Shown: positions 12,490 to 25,972 of the stretch, piece after piece
Layout: the number at the start of each line of letters is the position of its first letter
Position numbering within the stretch: the first letter of the stretch is position 1
Assembly (NCBI GenBank): GCA_012295275.1
Contig: CM022672.1
Span: forward strand, 2,666,001 to 2,730,000
Direction of reading: 5' to 3'
From: Chrysomallon squamiferum
Lineage: Eukaryota; Animalia; Mollusca
DNA length: 64,000 bases
The notes under the pieces: generated by a model
Seen by the model: the letters and a program-made list of their open reading frames with translations, nothing else
Told to the model about the DNA's origin: nothing
Databases searched by the model: none
Position numbers and translations under genes: made by a program

Positions 12490-14329
12490 CTGAATGTGTG
12501 TACATTATTATATATCTTGCATGCGCACACATATACTCTCATTCTCTCTTCATACCTAGCTCTCTCTCTCACACACATGTACACAGATACCAAAGTGCAC
12601 AGCTGCAGCAAACAATGATAAAGTACTTTTACAACAAACAGCTAGGCATCATGGAGGTTTATTTTTGTTACAGCCACTGCACCATTTCATAATCAGTTTG
12701 TTGTATCTCATATTTCATTTTAAGCATGGCTATTTTAAAAATATTTCATTGTGTATATCCCAAAAGAAGATAAGAGTAGTTGTAGACTTGTAGAAATATT
12801 ATAAAATAAAGTGGCAAAATTGAAAATACATGTGAGAGAAGATGAATAATGGGGGAGGATAAGGGAGGGAGAGAGAGAGATATGTGTTTATGTTTGTAGC
12901 TGTGAATTAGATAAGAGTGAATAATCAGGAAATCTGTGACAATGATTGTTTACGTTTCAGATATTGGAAGAAAAGCAAAGAAAAACAAATCTGCTTAAAG
13001 AACAGCTTCGGAGGGAACAAAGGCACCTGCAGAGAAAGCTGGATCAGTTAAGTGTGGGAGTGTACAGAGTGAGCAAGGAACGGAGTATTAGTGAATGCAG
13101 TTCTTCTACCAACTCAACTACCTCAACAAACTCAGAGCACGAGTCTGGTAAGTTCTCTTCTCACTGCACTGAGAATTCACTGTTTTCTAGGAAGCATTAC
13201 ATTTGTAATGCACCATCATGATATGCTATAATGCAGAAATGAAATAATAAAAATATTGAGCAGTCTGGGAAAAATCAATAGAGTATGTTTATAACTACAG
13301 TATGTGGCATAATAATGTCGGTTAATGCAGTTTTGTACAGTGACAAAAACATTTAGCATGTCTGAAAAATCAATATGTATAAAGCACTGTTTATAATGTG
13401 CATCATTGTGATGATAGGCTAATACAGACTGTGTACAGTAATGAAATATTTAGAAATCAGGAAGAATGACTAACTGTTGGAATACTATTAGTAACCATGA
13501 AGAAATATCTACATATAAATAATAGAATGGGCTTCAGGTAAATCTTAATTATGAAACTTTGTGCCCAGCCTTTGTCTAGTTTTATAAATACATATATAAA
13601 CAAACAAACACATCCACATCCATCAGCACCTCTCCACATATATGCAGGCATTTTGATAAACATTTTGTTGCAAGTATACTGAACAAATGTTTTCCACAGT
13701 GTTAATAAAAGTATTTTTGTTTGTGAAACATGAAAAACATGTGAGAATTCAAAAACAAACAGTACATTTCAGTTGTAAAGTAAACAGTGTCATTGTTTAC
13801 ACATATTCTTCATGAATTGAAATATGTTTGCTCTTTTACATTTCACTGTGAGGAAGAAGTGAAACAAATTATCTTAACATTAAACATTTCTCTAACATCA
13901 AACAACATTGCTATGAAATAAAATTTCTTAACTGTGTTTAATCAATTTATAGATATATATATATATTATATATATGAACAGTAATAACATATGCACACAA
14001 TTAATTGCCAGCAAACCAAAAAACAAAAGAAAAAACAATATCTTGGAAATATTTGACAGTATATGAAGTAGGCTATAGAATACAACAATATTTACTTATG
14101 AAAGTGCTGAGTTTATTAATAATTGTTAAAAAATATAAAAAATTGATGTATTAAATGTATTTCATGTAAACCCTTTCTTGTTACAGATGAAATAGACATT
14201 CTTGGATATAACAGTGGACAGAGCGACTTTTTTGACGACCACAGTAGCGTTGGCAGTGGGAGCAGTGATGCATGTAGCATGGACAGCAAGGTTTATTTTG
14301 ATGATTCACCATATTTGGAATCTCTCTGA
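8199..14329 (+). CDS. MXD1: Mad/MXD/MXI1-family Max dimerization protein (SID + bHLH-ZIP), 6 coding exons: join(8199..8256,8355..8442,9462..9491,11187..11301,12961..13147,14187..14329), 206 aa
   Basis: Hand-spliced translation [32 protein letters not shown]...[57 protein letters not shown]...[15 protein letters not shown]...DEIDILGY...LESL*. All introns are GT-AG, phases are consistent (1,2,2,0,1) and the total is 621 nt. Family assignment is secure. It is probably the single invertebrate co-ortholog of MXD1/MXI1/MXD3/MXD4, so the symbol is approximate. Confidence 0.96.
8355..8442 (+). CDS. MXD1: Mxd exon 2
   Basis: Acceptor TTCAG|, [29 protein letters not shown], donor AG|GTATGG. Confidence 0.95.
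9462..9491 (+). CDS. MXD1: Mxd exon 3 (30-nt exon, basic DNA-binding region)
   Basis: Acceptor TTTTTGTAG|, [10 protein letters not shown], donor AG|GTGAGT. Confidence 0.95.
11187..11301 (+). CDS. MXD1: Mxd exon 4 (helix-loop-helix)
   Basis: Acceptor TTTCAG|, [39 protein letters not shown], donor CAA|GTAAGT. Confidence 0.96.
12961..13147 (+). CDS. MXD1: Mxd exon 5 (leucine zipper and Ser-rich region)
   Basis: Acceptor TTTCAG|, [48 protein letters not shown]...HES, donor G|GTAAGT; lies within ORF-track 12946..13221. Confidence 0.95.
14187..14329 (+). CDS. MXD1: Mxd exon 6 (C-terminal, stop TGA)
   Basis: Acceptor TTACAG|, [47 protein letters not shown]. Confidence 0.9.
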
Positions 14330-15242
14330 TGTATTGATGAGTGTCACAAAATGGATGTAACTGGATATAGTGCTGTGTGTAGCATAATGTTGACAAATGG
14401 ACAAACAAGGTTATTATTCCGAAAGAGACCTAATTTTCACATTACTGCGAAATACAACAAGAACAACAACAACATCAAACTACAATATAGTGAACACAGT
14501 CCATTCAGATAGCAAAAGATCATTCAGTAATTCTAAATTTGTTATTGAAGCTGTGGCGAAGTCTGTTGGAAGTACATTTTTATTTTTATTAATTTCTTCT
14601 TTTTCTCTCTCTTTCTGTCCTTTTTTTTTTTTCTTACTTTTTTTTTTTTTTTTTTTTTTTTTCAATTTTTTAAAATGATTGTTTTACTTGTATGTACAAC
14701 ATGTATGGCTACAAATAACATGGTCTTATTTCTCATAACATCCAGAAAAAAGGCAGCATAGGGCTATAATATTAGCTCCTTTTCAGTTTTATTTGAATTG
14801 CCTAATAACAACATATATGTGACACGGCAATTTATTTTATTACAGTCTTTCTTTTTTTGTATGGACATAGTAAAAAATGTCTAGGAGTATTCTCAGATCA
14901 GCTTTTTTTTTTTTTTTTTTTTTTTTTTCAAATTTCAGGCTATAACTGCTCTTAATAAAGTTTTAGTTTAAAAAGTAGCCAAACTGAAACAAAATAAAGA
15001 AGAAGAAAATTTTTATTGATGTGCCTGAAATGCATACAGAAAATGGACAAATATCAGGTCTTTCTTTTACTTCGGAGTACCAACTACATTATAATACAGA
15101 TATATATCTATATATTTAATATTATATATATTTATATAGTCACTGAACTTAATAATGATGATCTTTAGCAATTCCAAAAAAAAAAACACTTACTGATATT
15201 AAGAAACAGTACAAAAATGATGACAATTTTCTCCCTACAAAA

Positions 15243-15274
<32 letters not shown>

Positions 15275-18093
15275 AGATATGTTTTAGAACTAGCAAAGCA
15301 GCCTTTTCTTCCGTTGCAATCATGGATATTTTGTTTTCTGTGATATATTTAATAATTAGCTGAAATGTGATTCATTGGAAGAAAAAAAAACAAAACAAAA
15401 ATAATAATACGGCAGCTGATGCATCCATCCCCATTCAATAAGAGAATGGCTTATTGTTTGTATTGATTGGTGTCACATAAGAATGCTAATCATGTTCTGG
15501 GTGTGTGTGAGGTGTCTATTTTTAAAAATTTAAAAGTATACAAAAAATAAAAATAAAACAATATTATATTAAGAGAATTATTATAATTTTTTTTTTTTTT
15601 TTTTTTTCGTAATTGTAATATGTATGCACTGTCAAGGTTTTTGCATGCAGGTTTGTGTGATTCATGCAGAATAATTCTACTCACCTCAGGTAAATAACAA
15701 AACTAACAGAGATTTTGTATTATAGAAAAATACAGTTGTTGTGTGACAAAATTATCTATTAATGAGTTGCATATTAATACCAATAGCTTTTTTCTTTTTT
15801 TTTTTTTTTAAAAAAAAAAAAAATATATATATATATATATTCTTATTGATTCTTATTTCTGTTTTTATTAATATTTATTTTAAAATTTTTTATTATTATA
15901 TATATATATATAGATATATATTTTCTTTTATTTTATTTTATTTTTTTTTCTGTTTAAGTTGGCAAGTCTGTTTAGTGAAAACCTGTTTAAGACAAAAACC
16001 AGATTTTAGATAATATTTTATTTCTGAAAAAAGTTCAGTTCTGTAATACACTTAAGGTTTTTTTCATATGAGCTGCTGACATGTACTTAAGATTTACAGT
16101 TTGAAAGGCTGAATCTCACTTTTCTGGTGTAAGCTTGAAAAGGAAAAAAAACTTCTGTTATTTCTGATCAGTAGGGCCTTGTATTGTAATAGTGTATTCA
16201 TACACAAATGCACATAAATATATATTTACAAATATTGTGAATATATATTTATGTAACTTTATAATTCAGGGTTCAGACTTCTTTTTCTTTCTATTCTTGA
16301 TCTAATTCTTTCTGTCTCTATCTTTTTTTCCATTATGTATGAGACTGTATGCATATTTTCATAACTGAAGTGATTGATATAGGTTACATTATTTTATTTC
16401 TTTTTAACTGGGGTCCAACAACTCTTTATGTTTCAACATTGAATACGCAAATCAAAACTTCCCTGTTGATTAACTATATGCAGGTACCTTAGCCTGAATG
16501 TTCCATTTCAGAGAAATGATTAGCTAAGAATGCATTCTAATCAGCCCTGGGTAAGGCCAAATGATCTCTCTTCATTTCTACTTTTCTTTTTTTGCCATGA
16601 GTATTGTATGTTTGGTGACAGTTATGTTTTTGTTTTCCTGGGTACTTAAAAATGGTGAGATAATGGCCGACACCAGTATTGTTCTGTTTACAAATCTGCA
16701 TGGTGTCAACCAAATGGTTCCAAGAAATGTGAATTCTGTTGTCGATAAAAACAAAGCAAGTAATTTTTGTTCCTGGTTTTTTTATAGTATGTCTGCATAT
16801 ACATGAATTACTACCGGTTTGCCATTGTGTGGCATTTAAAGTATTGGCGAGTAAAAAAAAAAAATATATATATATTAAATAAATGTGATGTGGTACTACT
16901 GAATAATTATATTTTGAAACAAATGGCTATATTTTATAATGATGATAACTAATATGTATGTATAATGCATATAAAATTTTGCTTATGTACTGCAGTGATA
17001 TAATGATACTAATTTATAATGTGATTATACCCACCGAAGGCAAAACACATTTTATTTATTTTTAAAAAAATCCTGCTTTAAGCATGTCCATTTATATTAT
17101 GTTTTCATTTAGCTTTCAGAAAAAAAATATTGAGTGCAATTAATCTTGATTTTTATATATATATATAAAACAATTAACCAATTTGACATTGGCAATAAAC
17201 AGTAAATAAATTTGAAACGTGCTGTAAATAGGTAAATAAATAGCAATCACAAAGAAACAGTCAAGTAGTGAAAATAAAAAAATAATAATTTGAGAGTGTA
17301 TTAAAAAAAAAAATATATATATATATATTGTAAATAATTGTACATAATGATCAGAGAAAGTGGAGAAAACTCCCTAAACTTAATTTAAAACACTCCTGCT
17401 CTATGTACTGACCCAAGGTCAAATCATGACATCTAGTCTTCAGTGTATATTCATCTGTTTCCACTGAACAAGTTTCCAAGAAGCTGAAAAAAGTAGAAGA
17501 AAATATTTGTAGGAGACGGTATTGTTAGCAAAACTGGATAAAACAATTATACTTATGAGTTAAATAGGTTCTAATTGAAAGACAATGTTAACTGATTATG
17601 TAAGTGATTTCCCTTGATGCAAGATACACATTCCATGAGTTTCAAAACAATCGCATTACACTCTGATAATACTGAAAGTACTGTTAGCAAACATTTCAAC
17701 AGGTTGTAATTATATGTTTTAAATTGTTAACTAGCCTTCTTCATCAGTTTCAAAATATTGAAATATGTTGTAATAAAAGAGTTAAAAAACAAAGAAATGA
17801 AAAAAAAAAAGTAAATAAAGAAAAGTAGCTTACAGGTCATTTTGAAACCATAGTCCATGCTAGGTACAGAAAAGGTAATTGGATGGTTTAAGATGGATTT
17901 TTATTTTAATATGTTCATCAAACTAATTTGTAAAAGTTACAAGTGGCCTCATCTAATATCATAAGAGTGTTCTTGTTACATCTGGAATGGTCAACAATTA
18001 AATAAGGCATTGCTATCATACCTTGCTGGAATAACTAGGATATCTTTAAGCCAGTGATTTGATATTATGTCAAACTCGGTTAATTGGCAATCA

Positions 18094-18156
<63 letters not shown>

Positions 18157-19209
18157 GATATTAAAAATATATTAAATCTTAAAATCATTGTTTATGTTCA
18201 AATTTATATTACTTCATTCATGTAACTTTTTGTATGAACAAGACTGTGTGGCACAATTCCTTGTGATGGAATTAAAATTATTAACAATGAACAAAATTTT
18301 TGAAAAATTAAAATATTCAGTCTTCAAAATAAAAATGTGAATGGTAAATTCTGTTTGAGAGTAATCTTTTAGAATGAATGTTGCTGCCACATTTGAAGGC
18401 TGAATATTGAGACAACAGAATTCATGTACCATGTGAACAATCTCTACTGCAGGGTTGGTGCTTTCCAAAGATCAAATATTTTAGCGTTGTTTGCACTGGT
18501 CTACAAGACCTGTGTAAATGTGCGCGTGTTGGATTAATCTGTGATTATCAAAGGACTGCTTTTGGGCCCAGTCCTGTCCCATTTTGTTGAATTATTTAGT
18601 GCTAGCCCACATTGTTAAATAATTGTTGTTTTTTTTTTTTTTTTTTTTTCCCCTTTCTTTTGTCAATTATAATTATTTTTGCTGATTTCTGTGAATGTAG
18701 ATGGAAGGAACAGACCTTTATTTAATTTTTTTTACATCATTTTTTTATTTTTTAGTATTATTATATAGTAAGAGAAAAAAGGTCTTTTGGTTTTGAATTT
18801 TTTATTCAAACTGGATCAAAATGGATGCATGTAGATTTTTATTTAAAAATTTATTATTGTTATTATTATTATTATTATTATTAACATTATTAATTAATAA
18901 ATTAATTAATTATTAGACAAGTTTAGTTTACTATTGATGTTATGCAAAAACAAAACAAAAAACAATGACCAAACAACCCCTGATCCGGTTTTATTGTAAT
19001 ATTTATTAATAGATCTTGGGTGAAATGATATTTAACTTTTCTTTCTTTTCTACTTTCATCATGCAGTGACATTTTATATTAATGCCAATGATCTTTGTAG
19101 TTGGTACCCTGTTATTGTGTATTGTTGTTAATGTGTTGTAAATGTAGAAAAATCACAAAATGAAAGTGGAATGAAGAGGAGAAAGGTAGCCTGTTGATTA
19201 AATGGCATT

Positions 19210-19241
<32 letters not shown>

Positions 19242-19513
19242 CTTTTTTTTTACTTATTATATTTTTGGTATTTATTACTTTTTTAAAAAGAAAATAATTT
19301 ATTTAAAAATAAAACTTCTGAAACGACTGAACTAAATGAACGTATATTAATGGTTTGGATAGCCATTTTAAAATACTATTGTTGTACAAGAACCAGAATG
19401 CTGGAAATTGTAGAAACCCTAGACATTTTTGTGTACATATGACAATTAATTTTATTGTTCAACTCATTTTGAGGAATAAAATCTTAATATAATATTGCAA
19501 TTTTGTTGTCTTT
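14330..19513 (+). other. Putative long 3' UTR of the Mxd gene, distal poly(A) signal candidate
   Basis: U-rich sequence with UGUA elements; AATAAA 19475-19480 preceded by TGTACATA 19432-19439 and followed by GU-rich TTTTGTTGTCTTT 19501-19513. Earlier AATAAA hexamers exist, so the true end is uncertain. Confidence 0.35.
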
Positions 19514-20180
19514 AATAACTGAAGCAAGGATTTCTTCTTCTTGTTTCTTCTCAAGCATGAGAGTTACCCATACATTTTATTTCTGTTGTTGAAAACTAAA
19601 ACAAAAACAAAACAGACCTTGTAGACTAACTTTCCCATAAACAGGAAGGAAATAACATTGGATTATGGTTAAGTTGGTTATGCATAAGCTTGAACACAAA
19701 ATAAAAGTTGCTGTTATGCTATAATCAAGCATAATCTGATTTTCAAAAGATCTCTTAAAAATCCTAACATCTATTTATTAATACCATTTTGTAAAACTTT
19801 TATAGATTTATTTATTTTTAAAAATTGATATCATCAAAACATTTTTTTTTTTACTTTGTTTATAATGCCCAAGCTTTCACTGAAGAATAAAAATGCAATT
19901 AAGATAAACATTGCTCCTAGCTTTTCACATTTTATGTATTTAATATTTTTATGGCTATGCTAACACATTTTTAAAATATAGATAAAAGAAAGGCGTTTTG
20001 CCATAGGAGACAAGCTCACTGTAGACCGTGGTATGTCTTGTAGAGTGTAGACAGTTTCCCATTTAGACCATTGCCATATAATGAGTTAATAAAAAACTGG
20101 AATGTAATTTCCTATATGTGGGAAGGCAAATATGAAAGTTCCACTGCTGCTAAGTGAAATGAGCAGAGAATGAAAAGTAG

Positions 20181-20231
<51 letters not shown>

Positions 20232-20640
20232 CAAGAAAACACACAGTTTATACAAAGGGTTTTAAGGTGTTTCAACATTTGTTCATTCATTCCTTCGGTT
20301 GACAGAAAATGCATATGTTTTGCAAAGTTCTTTGTTTAATTTGGCATGGACTGAATGTGTTAAATGATGAATGGGTTTAAGTCTTCATGTAGAGGCACTG
20401 ACAGTGATTCATCATTTATTTTACAACTGTATGGAATAATAGCATGTCTCAGTTTGCTTTTAGTTACAGTCAGTGACTCAGCTTTCTCTGTAACAGCAGG
20501 AGACAGAAGATGTATCTGTTTATATTCATTATTAATCGAAAAATATTAATGAGTTTTCACAGCACTTCATACGACTTGCTTCAAATTACAAATTCATTAT
20601 GCACAAAACATAGGTTCTTGTTGAAATTGAATTTGGGACA

Positions 20641-20875
20641 GTGTTGTTGACATATTTAGTTATAACTAACTTCATGGTTGTAATATGGTGAAAACAGTGG
20701 GTTTTGTTGAAATATTAAATTATGACTAACTTTATGTCTCTGGATGTAATATGATTAAAACTGATTTGGCTGAAATATTAAATTATAACTAACTTTATGT
20801 CTATGGATGCAATATGGTGAAAACAGTGGGTTCGGTTTAAATATTAAATTATGAATAACTTTAGGTCAAAGGATG
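20641..20875. repeat. Minisatellite, about 60-67 bp unit, 4 degenerate copies
   Basis: Recurrent TGAAATATTAAATTATRACTAACTTTATGTC...GGATGYAATATGGTGAAAACAGTGGG. Confidence 0.85.
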
Positions 20876-21533
20876 TTGAAAACTATTTCTATCTGAAAAC
20901 TGAAAATCGCTTTTAAAATTAGGACTAACCCAAATCTGTGCATAAACCAATATGCTGCTCAGATCACAAGGGAGTCACAATTCATCTGACACGTTATTAT
21001 TTCTGACTAGTTCTTGGGCAAAGACATGCTTTGGACCACTTACCCCAACCACTGCTCTTTCTGAAACCACTGTTATAACTATTCTCAAAAATGAATTTCA
21101 ACAGCTACATGGCAACAATTCATCCTGCACTCAGTGTTCTTGTTTTCTCCCATCAGTCTCAGTTTTCACAAAGATGAAATGAATGTCTACCATGATAAAC
21201 AGTAATTACAAGTGATCCTAAATGTTCATGGAATGCCGTGCATTCTGTTTGATAATGGTATTCAGTTTGTCATGTTTTGGTTCATATATTTATTTGTTTT
21301 TTTTCTTCTTTGGGTTTTCATTTTTGTAAAGAGAGGGTGATGTTGAGTTTTGTTCATGATTTTGATTGTTGTTGTTTTGTTTTCGAAAATGAAAAATAAA
21401 GAAACAGAAAAAAATAGAACACATTATATTGTTTTAAATAATAATAGCAGCAATAATGATGATGAATAAAAATAACAGTAGTAGTTGTAGCAGAAGTAGT
21501 AAAAGTAGTTGTTTTGATTTGAATTTTTTTTTT

Positions 21534-21585
<52 letters not shown>

Positions 21586-21835
21586 CCGACAAACAAAACT
21601 AGCATGTTCTAATAACGAAACTGCTGATGGTAACTCTAACTTGGATGATGACCTTGGGCTGACCCCCAATCTGGTTTTCCTCCCAGATGAAACAAGCTTT
21701 TCTCTGCTGTGATACTCAGCACCTGGATTTGTGAGCAAACAGCAGTCAGAGCTTTTTATATGAACAAACAGCAGTGGTCCCAGAATTTCTACACAGGAGG
21801 GGCTTAGTAGTGGATATCTGGACTTGAGAGAGCTG

Positions 21836-21847
21836 GCCATCTAGTGG
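21836..21847 (-). promoter_or_regulatory. CTCF-type motif
   Basis: CCACTAGATGGC on - strand fits the CTCF core consensus CCASYAGRKGGC; motif only, no binding data. Confidence 0.45.
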
Positions 21848-21976
21848 GAAGAAGTGGATTTTATGACTTGAATTTCCTTTGACCAAATTTTATTATTATT
21901 ATTATTGTTATTATTATTATTATTACAATTATTATTTTTATTATTATTCTTGATGTTGTTGTTGTTGTTGTTGTTA

Positions 21977-22017
<41 letters not shown>

Positions 22018-22684
22018 GTTTTATTTTCAGTGAATGACTATTTTAGCAGTTGTTAATATCAAGCAGATGCTGCAAAATTATAAAATGAGTCAGGTTTGTA
22101 GCCATCATTCCATAAACTGTTACTGATTAGCAACAAGCATTATTTTATTATATACCTTCCCATAAACTAGAAAGCACATACAAGACTCTTTAGTAAACAT
22201 TTCATAGAAAATTAGCTGAAATGAGAAACAGGTTAAAAGAAACAGTAAGAAATCCATCTCCCATGGATAACATTTAATATTACCTTCTCCTAGATCAAAA
22301 AACAAACACACCACTCAGTGATAAACCAGCTGAGTTCTGATTGGAATGGAAATTTACCTGATATCCACACTTACAGGAATTGATCCTATGACCAACCATC
22401 TTGTTTCAGAATTTATGTAAAATAACAATTCAAAAAAAGAATTCCCCCAAAACCTCAGTTTTTCCAAAGATGAGTTTATTGATGTGCAAATTGTGATTGT
22501 CAACCAAATGTTCACATAAATTAACATCTACATAATAAAATCATAACTATACATGCCCCATAGATTAACTTTAGGAGACTTTGGTATCGGAAAGAGCAAT
22601 CCACATTCCCACCTATTCTACTTACGTTCAAATATACTTAAATAAATGGAATCTATTGATACAATAAAGCTTACAACCTTAATG

Positions 22685-22760
<76 letters not shown>

Positions 22761-25700
22761 CTGCAGTGTTATTTTGATTTAGCATAATATTTACACAATC
22801 AATGAACATTAGTTTATCTTTGTTATTTGAAAACAAAATCTAATTACCACTGGCTGCATAATAAATATCTGATTACTGAATAACATTTATGTTTAAAGCA
22901 GAATAAATATTTATTTGATCCATTCATATTAAATGTTTTTGATTTAATTAAGTAATGCAGGATCTAATGGGTTTCTTTTTGTTTCTTTGTTGGGTTTTTT
23001 CCTGGTTATGATATAATAACAGATGTTGTTTCATGACACCTAACAATTATTAATAATAAATGTGTTGAAATCATTATGCAGAAACACATTAGCACTAGCC
23101 TTTTTTTTTCTTTTTTTTTTACCTTTTATTTATTTATTTATTACATTACATTTGTTTTTTTTTTTTTTTTTTTTTTTTAATATTCACCATTCTTTTTGCT
23201 TGAAAAACTTTCTGATATTTGCAGCAAAGGTCTTTTTCGCAAACGATAACAAAAATAAACGGGCACTGCAACAGATATTCCAATTTGTGTTCTTAAAAAA
23301 AAAAAAAAAAAAAACTAAATAAACACATGCCGCGATAGATAGCCCAGATTCCATCCTGTCAGACAACTGAAAACAAAATCAAATGAACCAAATAACCCAG
23401 TTTCTTGAATTAAACATCAAGACATTCATGCCTTAACCTCACACGAACACACGAAAATAAGTCGGTACCAAAAACCCCGGGCCGATTAGTGTGATTTACT
23501 TAATGGTTTGTTTTGTTTTTCTACACGTGATAGATTCGGGCAAGCAATAACGGGCAGCAGATATATCTGGTACGAACAAGACACTAACGACTGTGAATGC
23601 GAAACGAACATCAAATGATTAACTTGGTAAATCAGGGACATCGTGGCAGGTGCCGACCTGGGGATGTGAAAAGGTTAGAGTCTTAATTAACGAAGAATGA
23701 AAGCTCGTTAAATATACTGCTCTGTTTCAAACAAAAGCCTTGTTAACAGTCACTAGAAAGATAAAATGAAGAAAAAAACCCTGAAACAACGAAAGATTGT
23801 TTTTGGTTTAATGACTGAAAAATTACAACCCGGTTCATATGGACCATAATGTAATAGTGCTAGAACAGGGACCTAAATAAAATTTGTAAAACCTAAATAA
23901 ATGTTCCACCATTACATGGACTATGCTTAACGAGATAGAATAAAATATTTCTTTATATAATAAACAAGAACACATATATATCAAAAGTATTAGTATTAGT
24001 TGTAGTAGTAGTAGTAGTAGTAGCAACAACAGCAGCAGTAGAAGTAGTAATGGTAATTGTAATATAAACTTGTTGTATACTGTATTAATAATAATAGTAA
24101 TAATAGTAATAACATAATTCATTACTTCATTTCAATAAATAACAGAACTATCTTTTAAAATCTAGCAAAATTACACTAATGAACCATGCTGCATCATAAC
24201 GTTTTGAAAAAAATAAAAATAAAAAAAACCCCACTGAACCAATGATAATTTTTATTTTTTCATTATTCTAACAGAACATCAAAGTCTCTAGTACCGTTCA
24301 GCCATATTGATTTTATTGAACAGACCGGTATTTATTGATATATTTCCCTTTGATGAAACAAAATACCAGTAATAAAAACAGACATCGTTACCAGTCCATT
24401 ACCGTATTGTGTGTAATAATAATAATAATTAAAAAACAATGTTCAGTAGTTTTGAACAGGTTTCAGTTTAGTAGTCAGAATATGTGCCTTGAAACACAAT
24501 GACTTGGTAAATCAGACTTTCGTGATTTGTCCATTAAACCATTTCCAATTCAAGCCATCACTATATATCAAAGGATTTGCATTATTCTCCATATAGTTTT
24601 ATTTTAATTACATTACTCAGAAAAAAACCCACTCAACTACGGTATCGTTCATATGCCCTCTTGTGTAGATTCCATGTACGACAATATTTGATAAACCAAC
24701 TTAGGGGCATATTTTATTTTGGAATGGAAAAAGGCCCAATGAGTTTACCAAGACAATTTTTATTACTAACTATCAAATATCAGGTCTATGTTTAACAAGT
24801 GATCTGCAGCTGTTCCACCATGTTAAATATTTCCAGGACCAACAGTGGTAACCAGCTTTGAAGAGACCCTGATTAAACCTCCAGATAATAGTGATGTATA
24901 ACATAATCATATGACTGCTGCCTTTTCCACTAAAACAAGAACACAACATTCTCTTGACCAGACAACCAGTATCTTTGGAATGCATGCCAAAGATAAAAAA
25001 TAAAAACACTATTTTTTTTCTTTCTAATAGGTGCTGTGATTGGACTGTAATAAAAACTGTTCCATTATGGACCATTGGATAAACCTTTCCTTTAATATGC
25101 CACTGGATTTTATCACATTATAGCCAGTATCTCATTACTTATCAAATGTCATAATATGTGGTTCCAAGTTTATGGGAAGGTGTGTGTATAAGACCACTTG
25201 CAGCTAACTTACAACTAATACATGAAGAAAAAGAGGAAGCAGACTATTTATTCCTTTATACCAGCATTAGGCATGAAAAACATATCTGACTCAGAACAGT
25301 CAACATTTAAAATGTTTTGAGCTATCATTACACAAACCACAGTGATATTTTCATTCTGATTAGGATGCTGAAAAAACATTGCTAATTCCTAATCTCTGTA
25401 ATGCATTTCCAAACAAACTTTCAGCTATTAAACACAAATCATTTTGTCATTTAATCACAGTAAACCAGTTCAAAACAGTGATTGCTTTGTTCCTGGATTA
25501 ATGAACTTATATCCAGCTTAATGGTTTAGGTATGCCTGTCATGATCACACATTTAATACCTTCTTTTCAAACACTAAAGCATGTTTATTTAACAGAGGTT
25601 TAATCTGGTTAAATATTTGTGTGTCAGTCTGTTAATAGCTGGACAGGTTTTAATGTGTTCATGTACAATTTAATGGTTAAGGTTGACTGTCATGGGCATG

Positions 25701-25920
25701 ACATTAATCTGTTATGTTTGTTTAATTGTGTCTTAATTAATATGTTTGTTTATGAATGCTTCTGAGGTAATCTACTTTAAACACTCTTGCTAACTTAATC
25801 TACATAAAATGACTTATTAAAATGTTATCTTAGTGCATGCCCCTCTCAAGGATGACACAAATACTGTTTTGTATCAATCATGCATGTAAAACATGCAAAT
25901 AAATAATCAGCTATTAGGCA

Positions 25921-25972
<52 letters not shown>

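Noticed and set aside
20361-20418. 12-bp inverted repeat TAAATGATGAAT/ATTCATCATTTA with ATGATGA and CTGA boxes
   Set aside because: Too short for a C/D snoRNA, AT-rich stem with a branched loop unlike a pre-miRNA; likely chance.
20641-20875. Repeat array considered as CRISPR-like
   Set aside because: Eukaryotic context, units are degenerate along their whole length with no unique spacers and no cas genes; it is a minisatellite.
21701-21750. Short hairpin whose 3' arm starts with a miR-87-like seed (GTGAGCAAA)
   Set aside because: Only about 16 paired bases with internal loops, and the rest does not match miR-87.
21424-21840. 138-aa minus-strand ORF MASSLKSRYP...
   Set aside because: Second half is microsatellite; first half matches no family I recognise and has no linked exons.
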